From Trypethelium eluteriae (taxonomy: Eukaryota), in contig JAVECL010000013.1 of NCBI GenBank assembly GCA_051942245.1, positions 1 to 64,000 on the forward strand: 64,000 nucleotides of DNA. The letters run 5' to 3'. How positions within the stretch are numbered: the stretch's first letter is position 1; each line of letters starts with the position of its first letter. A model generated the notes under the pieces. The model had not been told where the DNA came from. It saw nothing but the letters and a program-made list of their open reading frames with translations, and searched no databases. Shown in pieces: positions 21,779-34,400 of the stretch. A program made the translations under genes and the position numbers.

Positions 21779-23957
21779 TTACTGGATGACCCAAACAACA
21801 CCACCGGATTGAGTCTCCCGCAGGCCCACCTTCCTCGCATTCCCTCCTGCTCCGCGCTCCACATCTCGTCTTCCCTCCTTGTCATGCTCGCTATACAATT
21901 GACCGACCGATCTGACAGCGCGTTCCTGCCGTTCGCCAAGCTCAAAAAGTCCCGTAGCCAACCCATCCACTGTCAACCGTGCCGTGACTTGGTGCGCCTC
22001 GGCCGGTCTAACAGCAAACACTGCCACGGCCGCCAAGACCAGGGAGAAGAGGGCATACAGAAGTTTGAGGCCGACGAGGAAGTACAGCGGGATCTTGGGG
22101 ACACGGGTGAGGAGACCGGTGTTGTTTCGTGACTGTTCGAGCATATTGAGGACGGGTGTGTGGATGCCAGCCGTCAGGGCAACGGCGGCCTTGGAAAAGC
22201 CGTTGGCAAAGGTGTCGGCGAGCTCGTCGGGTGTGGTACCATAAGCTGCAGCAGCGGCAGCGTCGGAGAGGGCGAGGTGACCCACGGCGCTGTTGATGGC
22301 AAAGGGCGCACTGTAGATCGCGCCGTAAGCATTCGGTGCCTGAATGGGATACCACCCTTGTTGCCCGTTGTCGGTTAGGATGGTGCCATTCACCCAAGCG
22401 TAGACGGCAGTGTAGACGGTCATGCTGCAGTTGAGGATAAAGATATTGTCACCACTATAATCAGTTTTAAGGTACCCGCCAGCGGTCATTGTGTTGAAGC
22501 TCGAGGTATGGGTATCCATGGGCGGGAACCCTTTTGACCAGTGCATAAAGTAGGTGGGGTTTTGGAGACTGAACAGTTCGGTTGATTGGGAACCGTAGCC
22601 AATGGGTTGAGTTAGGTTTGCATCTTTGAAGAATTGAATGCCCACGGCAGAATCGTTGGCAGTGGCGGCCACCGTAACCGGGTCAACACCTACCTCTCCA
22701 GAGAAGGTAAAGGAGGGTAAGCTGTACCCCCACGGACAGGAGAAGCCTTCGTCGCTGGCATCCACCTTGCATTCTTGTGTGACAACTTTGCAGGATGTAG
22801 TGACAGATGTGGCGTTTGTGAGGAAATCCAAATCGTCTCCAGCCGTAACATCACCAAGAAAATAAAATTGGACATGATTGCCATCTGCATAGCTATCGGT
22901 GTAAGAAGTAATAGAGGTATTTTGAATCTGATTGGTTCTTGAATTGCCAAGCAATGTTTCGGCTGCCTCCTGGGCGTGGGCTATGCCCTGCTTTGTCAGT
23001 GTCCCATTCGATCCAGCCGTGTAATTCCATTTGACAATGCTGCAGGGATAGTTGCATTGAGCTTGAGCATTAGACGGACATGGAGATGATTCCAAGACGT
23101 CTGTACCGCAATAGCTCGGGTCCAATCCTCGTCCATAAGAAGATACGGGACTACCGTGACGGCTGATCATTGTTTGGTTGACCGGCTCGGTCGCTGCGCC
23201 GAACCACGTTTCTGCTGCGCTTATGGCAAACCTCCAAGCCCAAATTGTTAGCTGAATTTCGAAGACGGTGTGCAGAGAAGGAATTCAAGGCTCACGTATT
23301 GAACACAATAAAGGTGAGCGCGGCACAGGCAATAGAAAGAGACGAGGCTATGCGCTCAGAATTTCTCTATCTATACTTGAATACATCCCATAAGGGCTCC
23401 CACCCTCCTGCGACCAATAGGCTGATCAGAAGAGAGGTCTGATGGGGAGTCGGCAGCTGGCCTGTCTGGTTGTCCCTGGTAGCGTCCAAAATGCGACGAC
23501 CAGCAAAGACAGCAACGACTGCCATAGGATAAGCACTCAAGAAGGGGAGGACCTTGGCCGTCCAAGAAACAATTGCAACCAGCAGACCAGGGTTGAACCG
23601 AATCAGGTAGGCCGAAGTGCCTCCGCTAGATTGGAGCTGGGTCAGTTCACTCAAGACGGTTTGGTTGGCGACGTTGTGACTTAAAGGCGCCTTTAGTAAC
23701 TCCCATCCAGGATCCAGAACCACACGGTAGTGGAAGATGATTGTAAGCAGTACCGCAACAACCACAACCACTGGGATACATGGCAGGAAAGCGCCCACAA
23801 GCAAACGCATGAGGACGCCTCGAATATGGTTAGATGACCCATGATGCAAAGATGTCGGAGAATCCAGTAACTCTACTTCAGTAGCGGTGGTGCCAGAAAT
23901 GACTAGCGGTTCTTTCTCTGACGAAGTAGCTTTCGAAGGAGAAGAAAATGATGCCAT
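21779..23957 (-). pseudogene. Multi-pass membrane protein of unknown function with a large Cys-containing, N-x-S/T-rich extracellular region, interrupted by one in-frame TAG (23367-23369)
   Basis: Exon 1 (23957-23296) reads through WDVFKYR*RNSERIASSLSIACAALTFIVFN into intron 23295-23232 (GTGAGC...GCTAAC...GAG) and joins exon 2 (23231-21779) in frame. Motifs: QLPTPHQTSLLI, TRVPKIPLYFLV, ARLTVDGLA. Confidence 0.7.
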
Positions 23958-25265
23958 GCTGATCAGGCTCCTTCCACCTTTAATGGTATCGAATTCACTG
24001 GTCAGTGTGATCTATGGCACGGCATGCAGAACACAAATGGACAATGTAGGGGAACAGGAAACCGTAGAGCTAGAAACGACGGGCGATCAAATATATGTGA
24101 ATCTCGAAGCGATGAAAGTCCTACCTTGCTCGACTTACTGAGTGCATTCTACGTGTGCCCTGCAGGAAGGCTGAACGTGCTGTCAGCATGATGGGCAGAT
24201 TGAGCCACACTCTACGTGGATAGATAGAGGTAGGTCTCAGTTTCTGGAGCAGCCATCTTCACAGATGAGTGGCTTGAGTTGATGTAGCTGAGGGAAACCT
24301 AGCAGCCGACGAGCGTTGATGCAAATTGGGCCAGGTGGTCATGCAAGTTGACAGCCTAGAGTCCGAAGACGATGATACCCACTGATGGCAGGGAGGCGCC
24401 ATCCAACGTGCGGCGGTGTTCTAGCTCTATATCGTGGCTTTCTTAACCCAGAGAATCTCGACTGGGCGTCGCCATCCCGTAGAAGCATATGCCATGACCG
24501 GATGGAGAGTGAAAAAAGAAAAACACAGAGATCCTCGGAATACCACGTCTTGAATACCAAGAATCTTGCGCCTCTTGTCTTGATTGGGTGCGATTTCGGA
24601 TCGCATCAGTCCAGACTTGCAGAGCTGGGCCTGAGAACGTCGAAAACGCCCAGAGATGCCCCGTGAGGCGATCCAGCGATTCGTGGCTGGAAGGAAAGAT
24701 AAGACGCAAACGGTGATGAAGCTCTGCTATCGCGCAAGGTCAAAAAATAGGGCAGAATGGAAGTAGCGCCGGAGTAGGACTGGTCACGGTGGATCAGCTG
24801 GGCAGATGTGGTGTCGTTTCTTCGTGGCAGCTTCACTACTTCCGATGAGTACCTTAGTAGCTGATAATCCCAATCTCGGGTTACACAACAGAGGTATTTT
24901 ACCCAATGCTTTCGGCCAATGCATTTCGAAAACATGGTCTCCGATAGGGTATAGCACTCGATGTCAGGCCAATTAGAGGATTTTGAGTGACTGAGCTCTT
25001 GAAAATGTAAGATCCCTTGTCCCTTTCCCTCGTTCTTCCGCCTGCTGTATATTGCGCTACATCGCTTCCGACGTGTCGCGGACCATTTTCGCACATATTC
25101 TCGAGACACCGATTACGCCATTGTGATAGGTCAATTGAATTTCTCCTATGTAACAACTGGTCGAGTCGAACCTTCTAAGGACGCTTGCCACCACGCCCAA
25201 CTCCAGACTGGGATATAGGATGAGTGTAAAGAAGCCAGCAACCAGGGTATTAGACGAATATCAAA

Positions 25266-27713
25266 CTACAGCTCCTTTTTGCCTCCATGTTCACTATCCG
25301 GCGTCATCGCTCCACTGTCGGTCTCCCATCCTTCAGGTCCGCTCCGGCGTCGTTGACCTCGTTCCCTCATCGCACCCTTGATCTTCTGGCTGACTTCATT
25401 CATGCCTTCCTTTGAATCTAATGGGGTCAGACCTTGCATCCTGAGACCTCCCGGTCCACCGTTCAGTCCACTCCCTGAGCTGGACCGCGACCGAGCTCGT
25501 GTTGGCGTCGAAAATAAGCCTATATTCGCAAGATTTTTGAATGAATCATTTCGAGGTAAATGCCCATGTGCCGAGGAGCCACCCCCGATACTTGCATCTG
25601 TCTTACGATCTTGAGTCGGCGAAGAAGTGCTCGAATCCACAGAGAAGGTTTCGCTACCTCTCTCCGAACCTGGTGTGCGAGGCGAAGGAGGCTCGACGGC
25701 TTTCGAATCCTCTCGGAAAGGGTCGTGGATGATCCGTGCCTTGTCGAAGTCGGGAAACATCTCGGGGCCCAGCGTATTGATGAGGTCTGTGACTTCAGCT
25801 GCCAGCGCCTCACGCCGCTTTCGGAGTTTGACGAGGGTGTTTCCAGAGGAGGGATTCAAGGATACGACTAGAGGGCGCAGAGACTTGAAGATGTCCATGC
25901 CAATTTCTCCAAATCGGAGTGCCGCGAACGTAATAGCCGGGAAGAAGACGTAGCCGAATATGACGATGACCCAGAGCGGGACAGACTCGGGTATGTAGCC
26001 TTGGATGCGATTCACAGATGTCCACCAAGTCAGTAGGATTGTGTAGAAGGTATACAGCATTGGGGCAAAGGCCATTGAAACAAGCAGCTTCCACGTTGCC
26101 ACAACATCTCGGCCTTGAATTTTGACCGTTGAAGCAGCGAGGGCTTCCTTGGATTTTCGGTTGGATATTAATTTGCCAGCAATGAAGACCGGTGCGAAGA
26201 GAACCAATCCTGGTAATACGCCAGCCGAGAGCACAAAGAGTTTTCCAACTCTCCAGACAAGAGCGAAGAAAACCTTGATCACAGATAACTTAGCGTACTC
26301 TACTTGATGATCTCGAATGTTGAGTTGTAATAGCTGTTTGTTATATGCGAGGACTGATTTCTTAAGGTTGACTATCCTTGGATCGTCTTTATACTTGGTA
26401 TAGCCTTTGACCAGGCGACGATTGAGTTCCACGACCATTGGTAAGGGAAGTTTCTTGTGCTTTGGGTTATATAATCGACGAACTGCTTGTATCAACTAAG
26501 TAATATTTAGCTGGAATGGTCAAGCCTTTTTTTCTTACGTCGGGTGCATACCATTAACGTGTCGTAGTCAGGACTGGTAACAGTCACGGCCACCAAGGCT
26601 TGATAGATGATATCAAGTACTCGCCCAATCGCTTCCCTTCGATTGCCTTGCTTGTACATTTGTACATATTCATCCGGAATCTCGACGGCACTCCCGAACT
26701 CTATGACGGCCCGGGAGCGAAACTTGTGCGCGTGGAAATAGTTCATGCCGACTGGAACGACTTTCACACCACAGTCTGGATTCGCAGCAAGTGCTCCAAG
26801 CGCCATGATTGCTACGCCAGCTAGAAGGTGTTAGCCTTAGATTTAGTATTATGTGGGTTGCCAGACTTCAAACCTTTAAGCGGCAAAAGCTCAGTGCGGT
26901 CATGACTTCCTCCTTCTGGAAAGATCCCAACGCAGCCGCCCTGATTGAGATGCTCAAAGACTGAATCGTACACTTCTGTCTGATCTACCTTTGGTGCATT
27001 TTTGAAAGAGGTCCCCTCGAAGTTACTACTTGCCGTTTGTTTCTGGCCCTCTCCATTAACCCGGTTTATCCCAATATCTGCACCTCCTTTTCCAGTCAGT
27101 TGCTTCAATGCTACGGACCCTTTGAACGGCTTTTTGACTCTTAATTCCTCAGGGCTGATGATTTCTTGGATCTCAGAACTGGCAGCATCATTGTTGACTG
27201 ATGGTAGAACGATAAGACCTCCAACTTGATAACCTTTGTCTTCGAAATTGGTATCGATTCCGCGTATGAGTGTAGGATCGTTATCTGGATCCGGAAGATA
27301 GATCTTGCCTTTCGCTGGTTTTGTCATGTCCATCGCACGGCTAACAGATATAGCACCAGCTAAACCAGAAGCCCATCCTATAAATTTTCTTCGCACCGAT
27401 TTCTCAGCAATAAGGAAGGCGATCCGTCTTTTTGCTTCGCTGCGTACTACCCGCATCAGCATGAGGGGATCTATGAACTAGACGGTATGTCAGTCCTACA
27501 CTGCCCTCTCCACAAGCAGGCCTATCATACCTGATTGGCATGAGGGGCTGCCACAAAAATGACCGGATCACTGCGAGGGATCTTCCAAGAGCTACGGGGA
27601 TGGACTTCTCTGAAGAAGAGGTCCACCACCACTGTCATCACCCATAGCAACACATCGTATGCGAATTTGTTCACTTGGCTCGGCCGGCTCTTTTCAGTAT
27701 TGGTCGCAGGCAT
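25266..27713 (-). CDS. SCT1: Glycerol-3-phosphate / DHAP O-acyltransferase (Sct1/Gpt2-like), 4 exons
   Basis: Exons 27713-27531, 27477-26874, 26820-26552 and 26495-25266. Acyltransferase motifs APHANQFIDP, GIFPEGGSHDR, VPVGMNYFHAHKFRSRAV. The C-terminus KKEL fits a KKxx ER-retrieval signal. Confidence 0.93.
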
Positions 27714-28483
27714 CCTGAGAGGCGGGGACTTTGTTTTTTTCACGTTCGGACTGGTGATAGACAAGTTTGAGTTGTCGACACGACTACCTGATCTGGCATC
27801 CAGGACCGTGGCGATTGGCGCGCATGAGGTCTTTCAAATGCAGGGGGATATCTGCACGCGCTCGACTGAACATATCACAGTAGGTACTGAGTAAGGTACG
27901 AGGATACAAGAATTATGTGATCTTGGTTGAAGAGCTAAAAATGTTGGATCTCAGGATGTGGGGCACATTGTCTTGGGTAGCCAAACGCAATGCGATAGGG
28001 ATCTGAAGCGGCAGTCACGCTTGCGTCATAACCCTCAAAAATAGCATAGAAATAGTTAGGTAATTACTTTTCTGCAAATACTAACTCACTTAATAACACA
28101 AAGCCACACGCTTAGCCTTATCATCTTGAAACAAAATAAAAGCAATAGTCCTTCAAAGTTCCTCCTCCCAGAAAGTAGGGTCCGGCGCGAAAAGACAATG
28201 AAGCTTTTGCAGACCAAAATTTTAAAAAGGGACCGCGCAGTTTCTCATTGCATCCCTTGACCCGAGTGTATAGTACAGGCGCAAAGTACTTAACCTCGCA
28301 AATTGTCTCAGTTCTCAGCTGCTCCAATCCATCCAAGTATCCACCCGTGATAGGAGTCCTGCCGACAAGACGAAGTATTAAATCAGGACACTGCTGACGG
28401 CCAAATATTACCAGAGTCCGTTTCTTGACTCTCAACCTTCAAACCCGTGCCGAAAGCCTGAAAACGCTAGGCGGAAATTGTGC

Positions 28484-30150
28484 TTACGTGTGCTTCGAAA
28501 AGAGGCCATTGAGCATAGAATCGCCCGCGTCGTCAGGATATACGAAGAAGGCGAGTGCGATGATGATGTATCTGCGATAAGTAAGCATTGAATTTTTGCA
28601 TCCATCATTAGCATATACGTACGTTCCAAGACACATAGAGCCTTCCAGATAATTGCTCTTCCCATCTTGTATCAAATAGTTCACCACAAGGACGCTAAGG
28701 AAGAATACTACCGTCTCAAATGTTTGAAAATGGAGTGTCATGGGCTTGTCGATGATCCAGCCGAGAATGACAAGGAAGGGCGTGACGAACAGGGCAATTT
28801 GCATACTGCTGCCAATTGCAACGCCAATGGCAAGATCCATCTTGTCCTTGTAGGCAACGACACAAGCAGTAACGTGTTCGGCTGCATTACCAACAATAGG
28901 GAGGAGGACGAGACCAATGAAAGTCTTCGAGACGCCAGACTCTTCAACAATGCTATCGATACTGTCCACAAGATAATCGGCGCAGACCGCGACCATTATT
29001 GTAACGACGACCAAGGCTACTCCGGCAGCAACAGGGCTCAGAATCTCCGGCTCTTTCTGGTTGTCACCACCATCCTGTTGTTGCTCCTCATCGAAGAGAT
29101 GAGAGTGTGTTTTAAGCTGGAAGAAAAGATATAATATGTAAAGGAGGAGAAGAATGATAGCCGTGCCGTGGGACAGAATGAGAATGTTCTCCTGGCTCGA
29201 GGATTTTGATGTGCTCAAAGCGGCATAGAGCGTGGCCGGAATGATCAACGAGGCGGATGCAACTGCCATTAGCGACGACATTGTGGAGGCTACGGTTGAA
29301 TTGAAGTTTTGCTCTGAGCGCGTTACTCCACCAGCAATGAAACAGCACCCAAGAACCTTGCAAAGTATTAGCCGCCTATAGGGTCCACCTCAGCTTCCTG
29401 AGACTTACAAGGAGAATATTCGACAGAATACTACCAAGCATGCTTGATTGTACAATGCGAATCTGTCCCTGCGTCAAAGCCAGGATGCTGACCTATTTGA
29501 AGATTGTCTTAGCTCGTTTCCCTTGCCCAATTCATGTTGTCTACCCACGATTAATTCCACGGCATTCCCGAACGTCGCATTTAACAACCCTCCTATAGTT
29601 TGCCCAAGTTTTGCCGCAAGCTCTTCCGTCGCGAAGCTCAACAGCGACGCTAGTGGTATGATAGCCAGGAAATTGAGAATGAAGACCGCGGTTGGATTTG
29701 TGCCCAGAGCGCCTGTAATGATACCAGCCGGAACAAATACTAAAAGAACGTTGACATAATTGCTGGCCAGTACCTCCCATGTCTTGTGTAAAGTGAACAT
29801 CGGCCATCGCACCACAGGACTCTCGTGTTCCCAGAGTGGTCGCTCCGAGGAGCTTCCCTGACCACCCAATAGCGGTTGACTTTCGTGGGTATCTGCGCGG
29901 CCGTTTTCAGGTGTGGCCATTGTGACGGTGTTTTGACTGTTCATGCGCCCGGACCTATGACGGGAGTGATGCCGAGAGTGTTGGGATTTATGTCGCTTGA
30001 GTTTGTCTGTTGAGTAGATTAGTAGGTGTTTAGACACAGCAAAATAGCCCTCAAAGCCGTCCTCTTGGTATTGGATCGTGGGACAATCCGGGGCGCAGCA
30101 TGATACAAAGACAATCATTGCTGGAACAGCAGTAACAGCCACGTACCCAT
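28484..30150 (-). CDS. VCX1: Vacuolar Ca2+/H+ exchanger (CAX family), multi-exon with a 4-nt first coding exon
   Basis: Alpha-repeat motifs [15 protein letters not shown] and [11 protein letters not shown], plus [12 protein letters not shown] and DGKSNYLEG. The first exon ATGG (30150-30147) is spliced to 30006, giving MDKLKRHK. Confidence 0.92.
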
Positions 30151-30868
30151 TGCTTTAAGGCTCTAGTAACTCTTGGCAGACGACAATCTAAATGTCTTTC
30201 CAGGCGTATGCCAAGTGAGCACCCGGTCGTAGTGGACAGAGAACGAGTTTGGTGAACAGATTACAGCTGCTGCGGCACAAGTCGGCTTTCAGACGATTAA
30301 GGACGTCGGCCCAATGACAATGAGACCAGAAGACCTCAATTTCAGGGGTTAGTAATGAATGATACAGCGATCAAAACCGGTGAAGAGCGCCGTGGTATTG
30401 TTGACTGCTTTCCAAGAGCTTAGAAGTTCTGACGTAGCCAGTTGTGCTCCGCCCGAATGCCAAGCCTTGGCAAATGAGGTACTCCGTACCAACACTAGAG
30501 TAACCAGGTAAACGCGGGAGCATTTTGACGAAGATTCAAAGTACCGAGTATCTCACAAGATATCATCAAGCTTCGAGTTCGCACTGCCTTGTTAGACATT
30601 GTTTACATACTTCGCTCCAGTAGACACTAAGTGAGCTGATCGCACTCCAAGCACCGGATATCTACCGAGCCAAACGTCACCAAATCTATCATTCATGCCT
30701 CCTTCTGACGGATCCGTAAATCATCAAAACGTAAGTGGTGCCACCGAACGACCGCAACGCAAGATTCAAACTCCCACCATGCCTAAAAACACCATAGACC
30801 ATCCCATGCCCACTGTACAAGAACCAAGATAAACGCCTTCAACCCTATCCAGGATTCTGCGGTGCGCT

Positions 30869-32628
30869 TTATGGCCCTTCAATAGCAGTAGCATCGCGGT
30901 CGAAGGTGACACCCACATGTCGATTCCCTGCAGCATAAATTGCCTCCATGTGCTTCCGCTTCTGCTGCTCTCGTACATCCGAGAGATAGTGGAAGGTGCT
31001 ATCAAGCCCTGCGATCTGTTCCTGGATTGTGAGAGCGCTTGAGTCGTTGCGACGCACAAGCGGGCTCACAAGCTTTTGTCGCAAGATTTCGAGGTTGCTT
31101 TTGAGCTGAAGTAGCTTGGTATTGTGATCTACAAGAACGCGCCTATTGTGCAACGTTCGACCACGTACGCTTGCAAGCAGCTTCTTGTTTCGGTCGAACT
31201 TCTTCAGTTGGTAAGCATTTGCACCCATCAGTCGTGACCACAGAGAGGAGAGCAGTTCGTCTTCCTCACGTTCTTGCTTGTCACTTTCGCGCGATGTAGC
31301 TCGTTGCAAATTGTGGAATTTGCCATCGATCGCCTCGAAGAGTCCAAACAGAACTTGTGCATGCTTAAGTTCGCCGGCAATGCTTTCTTCAAGAACGCTC
31401 AGAAATTCGCTGAAAGTCTGCTGTAACACCCGCAGATTGCGCTTCCTCGTCGGTTGGCCAAGAACACTAGTCAAAAGCTTCTCAGTGGTAGAGGGTAGGC
31501 CGTCTGCATTTTCCAGCATGCCTGTCCGAGCAAGCATGTCATGGAAATTGTCGTATGCGGTTGCTAGCGTTCCCGGAGGAGCTGCGGAGATTGTTGCCAG
31601 TTCACGTTTTGCCCAATCTATGACGAGGAGAATGCTGATCGTGGTTAGGATGTATCATGTTGTTATGTGAATCAACTTACCCATCCACGTCTAGATCCAC
31701 GTGTGCAAAAAACTTCGTGAGCTCGTGGGCTAGATCTTTGAAGCTCTTGCTAAGGTCATCCAGCTCATCCACAATGATTGGCGCCGAGGTCATGTTGGAG
31801 GAACGCATGCTCTCCCCAAGGTCCCAAACGGCAATTCCTGTATCCTGCAGATCGCTGATCTGCTGTATTCCATGCTCAGAGTAGTGTATTAGCGGCTCAA
31901 AAGATTTTGCTAGGCCGGCTACCTTGACCAGATCTGGGGCAGGACCAAAAACAGGAATAGAAGTGAGCTTCACGGAGAGTAAAAATGCAACGATGCCGAG
32001 GATTATCATCATGATCGCTGACGTTCGGCTTTGGAAGAGGTTGTCAAATTTGGCTCGAGCCCATGAGAGCGCTGCCTCGTACGGCTCAGTGCGATGCTGG
32101 ACTTCTGCGCGGAGAGCGAACCGAATGTCTGTTATGTTAACAGCTGCCTCAATGGGTAATCGATTGAAGCTTACAGTTGTTTGTGTTTTCAGGAAGAGGC
32201 GCGGCTTCGCCAGCACGCGTCACAGGTGCCTCATCCATTCCACCGAACGTCTGAGCAAAGTCGGTTTGGCCTTCGGGATAAGGATCTTCACTCTGCCTTG
32301 GTGAGCGACCCTTCTCTGGCGAGGAAGGCAGAGGTACGTTTGCTGGTATTGTTAAATCACCTTCATCGGCACTCTCGTAGCGGGGGCTGGAGTGATGCGA
32401 TCCGGATTCTGTCCCATGTCGTGACCCTGCGCTCTTGAACCACCCACTGCCAGTTTTCCGCCATGCTGGCGGAGCCCATTGCACTTGTTGATCTGGTTCT
32501 GACTCCGAATACTCCGAGCGAAAGCCAGAGTGACAAGATGGCATGTCAAATAGTGGAGAGCGCTGGTCACGGTCGGAATGTTCAAAGTCTTCAAGAGACG
32601 CGGCGATTGATTGATGGTCGTCCTGCAT
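30869..32628 (-). CDS. Fungal hypothetical protein (disordered N-terminus, one transmembrane segment, coiled-coil C-terminus), 3 exons
   Basis: ORFs 32149-32628, 31677-32216 and 30869-31537 are linked by introns. Motifs: WAPPAWRK, IRFALRAEVQHRTEP, PDLVKVAGLAKSFEPLI, LRQKLVSPLVR. Start context GCCACAATG. Confidence 0.75.
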
Positions 32629-33373
32629 TGTGGCAGGTCTATCGCGCAGAGACTCGTTTAAGGCGCTTTATCAAGGAGATTGGGGCATACAAACATTAAA
32701 TGTATGCTCAGGACTTAGAGGTATTAGGCGAAGGCGGAGTATTATTATCATAGGTGACGCGAAAAAGTAGGAGTGAGAAACAGGTAGTGAGTTCTTTGTC
32801 GTATCTCACGCAATGACAAAGATGATCCTTCGTGGGATGTCTGGACAAATTTGTCGCAGACTTGCCGGTCGGTGGGCATTGCCTGAGGCTTCCTCACATC
32901 TAGGACGTGATTAACACCAGCCCCGCGGCCAAGAGAGGTGGACGTGAAACACACGAGGCTGGGAAGACGTGCTGCACTGCGGGCTTGTCGGGCGTTGATT
33001 GGCCGCCGCATCCCGCCGGTAAACATCACTGCAAGGCACGGTGGCACGGGGCACCGCGGCCTCGCACCTCCATCCTATCGTCTGGTAACGTTCATGTAGA
33101 AAAGGTCGAAAGTAAGCATCTGTCCGTGAGCGCTTGTCTCCTGGTTTGAGAGAGGGATGCCTTTGTTCATCTTGTGATATAGCTACGATCCCGCCCATTC
33201 GCTGTCCCCTGATACCAAAGTTATCCAATCGTTCATACGTGGTACATCGATCTGTCCGTTTATTGCTGAGGCTACAAAAAGAACGGGACTAGATCCCTGA
33301 AATGAACCTCAAGTTTTTGAAGGCTATGGGATTGTGAGCGTCATATCTGTAAGGGCCACTGGCGTAAAGAAAC

Positions 33374-33396
33374 ATATATATATATGTGTGTGTGTG
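33374..33396. repeat. Compound (AT)n(GT)n microsatellite in a divergent promoter
   Basis: atatatatatatgtgtgtgtgtgt read directly. Confidence 0.8.
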
Positions 33397-33683
33397 TCTC
33401 CATAGGGAAAGCGAAGTCTGCAATAACCATATTGCGACGAACGGGAAGTGCGGACTTCTGGCAGAGGGACAGGCTGCGAAGATCCATTAAGATATTTGGG
33501 TGGTATATGTAGGTACCTGGTTAGTAGGTGGGTAAGATGGTAGATTATATCTCCCGCACGTTTGGCAGGAGACGCGGGACCGCACCGGGAAAAGCGAAAT
33601 GACGCACTCTCGTGCCAGAACTTTTCAGCATTTCCAGCCAACCTCTTCTACACAACACCGGGTCAACCAAAAAATCCGCGAGA

Positions 33684-34400
33684 ATGGGCCGCGTGAGGCA
33701 GAAAAAAAAGAACAGATCCTCTCTGCCCAAAATCAGACAAAAGCGTAAAAGTACTCGACCGATCATTCCCCAGCCAGAGATTGCCAAGGAGTGGTATGTC
33801 AACTCCTGTCATGAGTTCGCTTTTCAGCACTGATAGTGATGCAGGAATTACAAAGAGACAGCGTCGAGAAATTATGCCCGCTTAGGCTTAAGCGCAAGAC
33901 TCAACCAACTCAGTGGAGGAATCGAAAAGGACAAGAGTTTCCAGTCTTCCGACCCGAGTCGTTCTACAAGCACACAACTCCGTATCAAATCTCAGTTCCC
34001 AGCCGAACTTCTACCATCAGAGGCGCGAATAGAACGAGATCCGAAAACAGGAAGAATTGTCAAGGTCCTGGATCAAGGCGAGCGTCATAAGCCTAATCCA
34101 CTAAACGATCCACTGAACGCGCTTGGAGAGTCGGACTCAGAAGATGGGGAAGCACTGAGTATAGGGGATACAAATGGCCAGACACCGCTTGTACGGCAGC
34201 TCGAGGATCGCGCATCTCGTGGAGAGCGTAGGAACAAGCGGAAGCAGAGTGCGCGAGAGGTCGCGTGGGTGCAGGCGCTTGTTAAGAAGCACGGCGAGGA
34301 TTACGACAAGATGGTGTGGGATAGAGAACTGAATCCTATGCAGCAGAGCATGGGTGACATCAAACGGAGAATTCAGCATTGGAGAGACAGCCAAGAGTGA
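33684..34400 (+). CDS. NOP16: Nucleolar ribosome biogenesis protein Nop16, 2 exons
   Basis: MGRVRQKKKNRSS...IAKEW, intron 33794-33844, then NYKETASRNYARLGL...NPLNDPLN...LVKKHGEDYDKMVWDRELNPMQQSMGDIKRRI. Exon 2 is missing from the ORF track. Confidence 0.88.

Noticed and set aside
12300..25260. Starship or transposon call for the accessory block
   Set aside because: No tyrosine recombinase, transposase, LTR, TIR or target-site duplication was visible.
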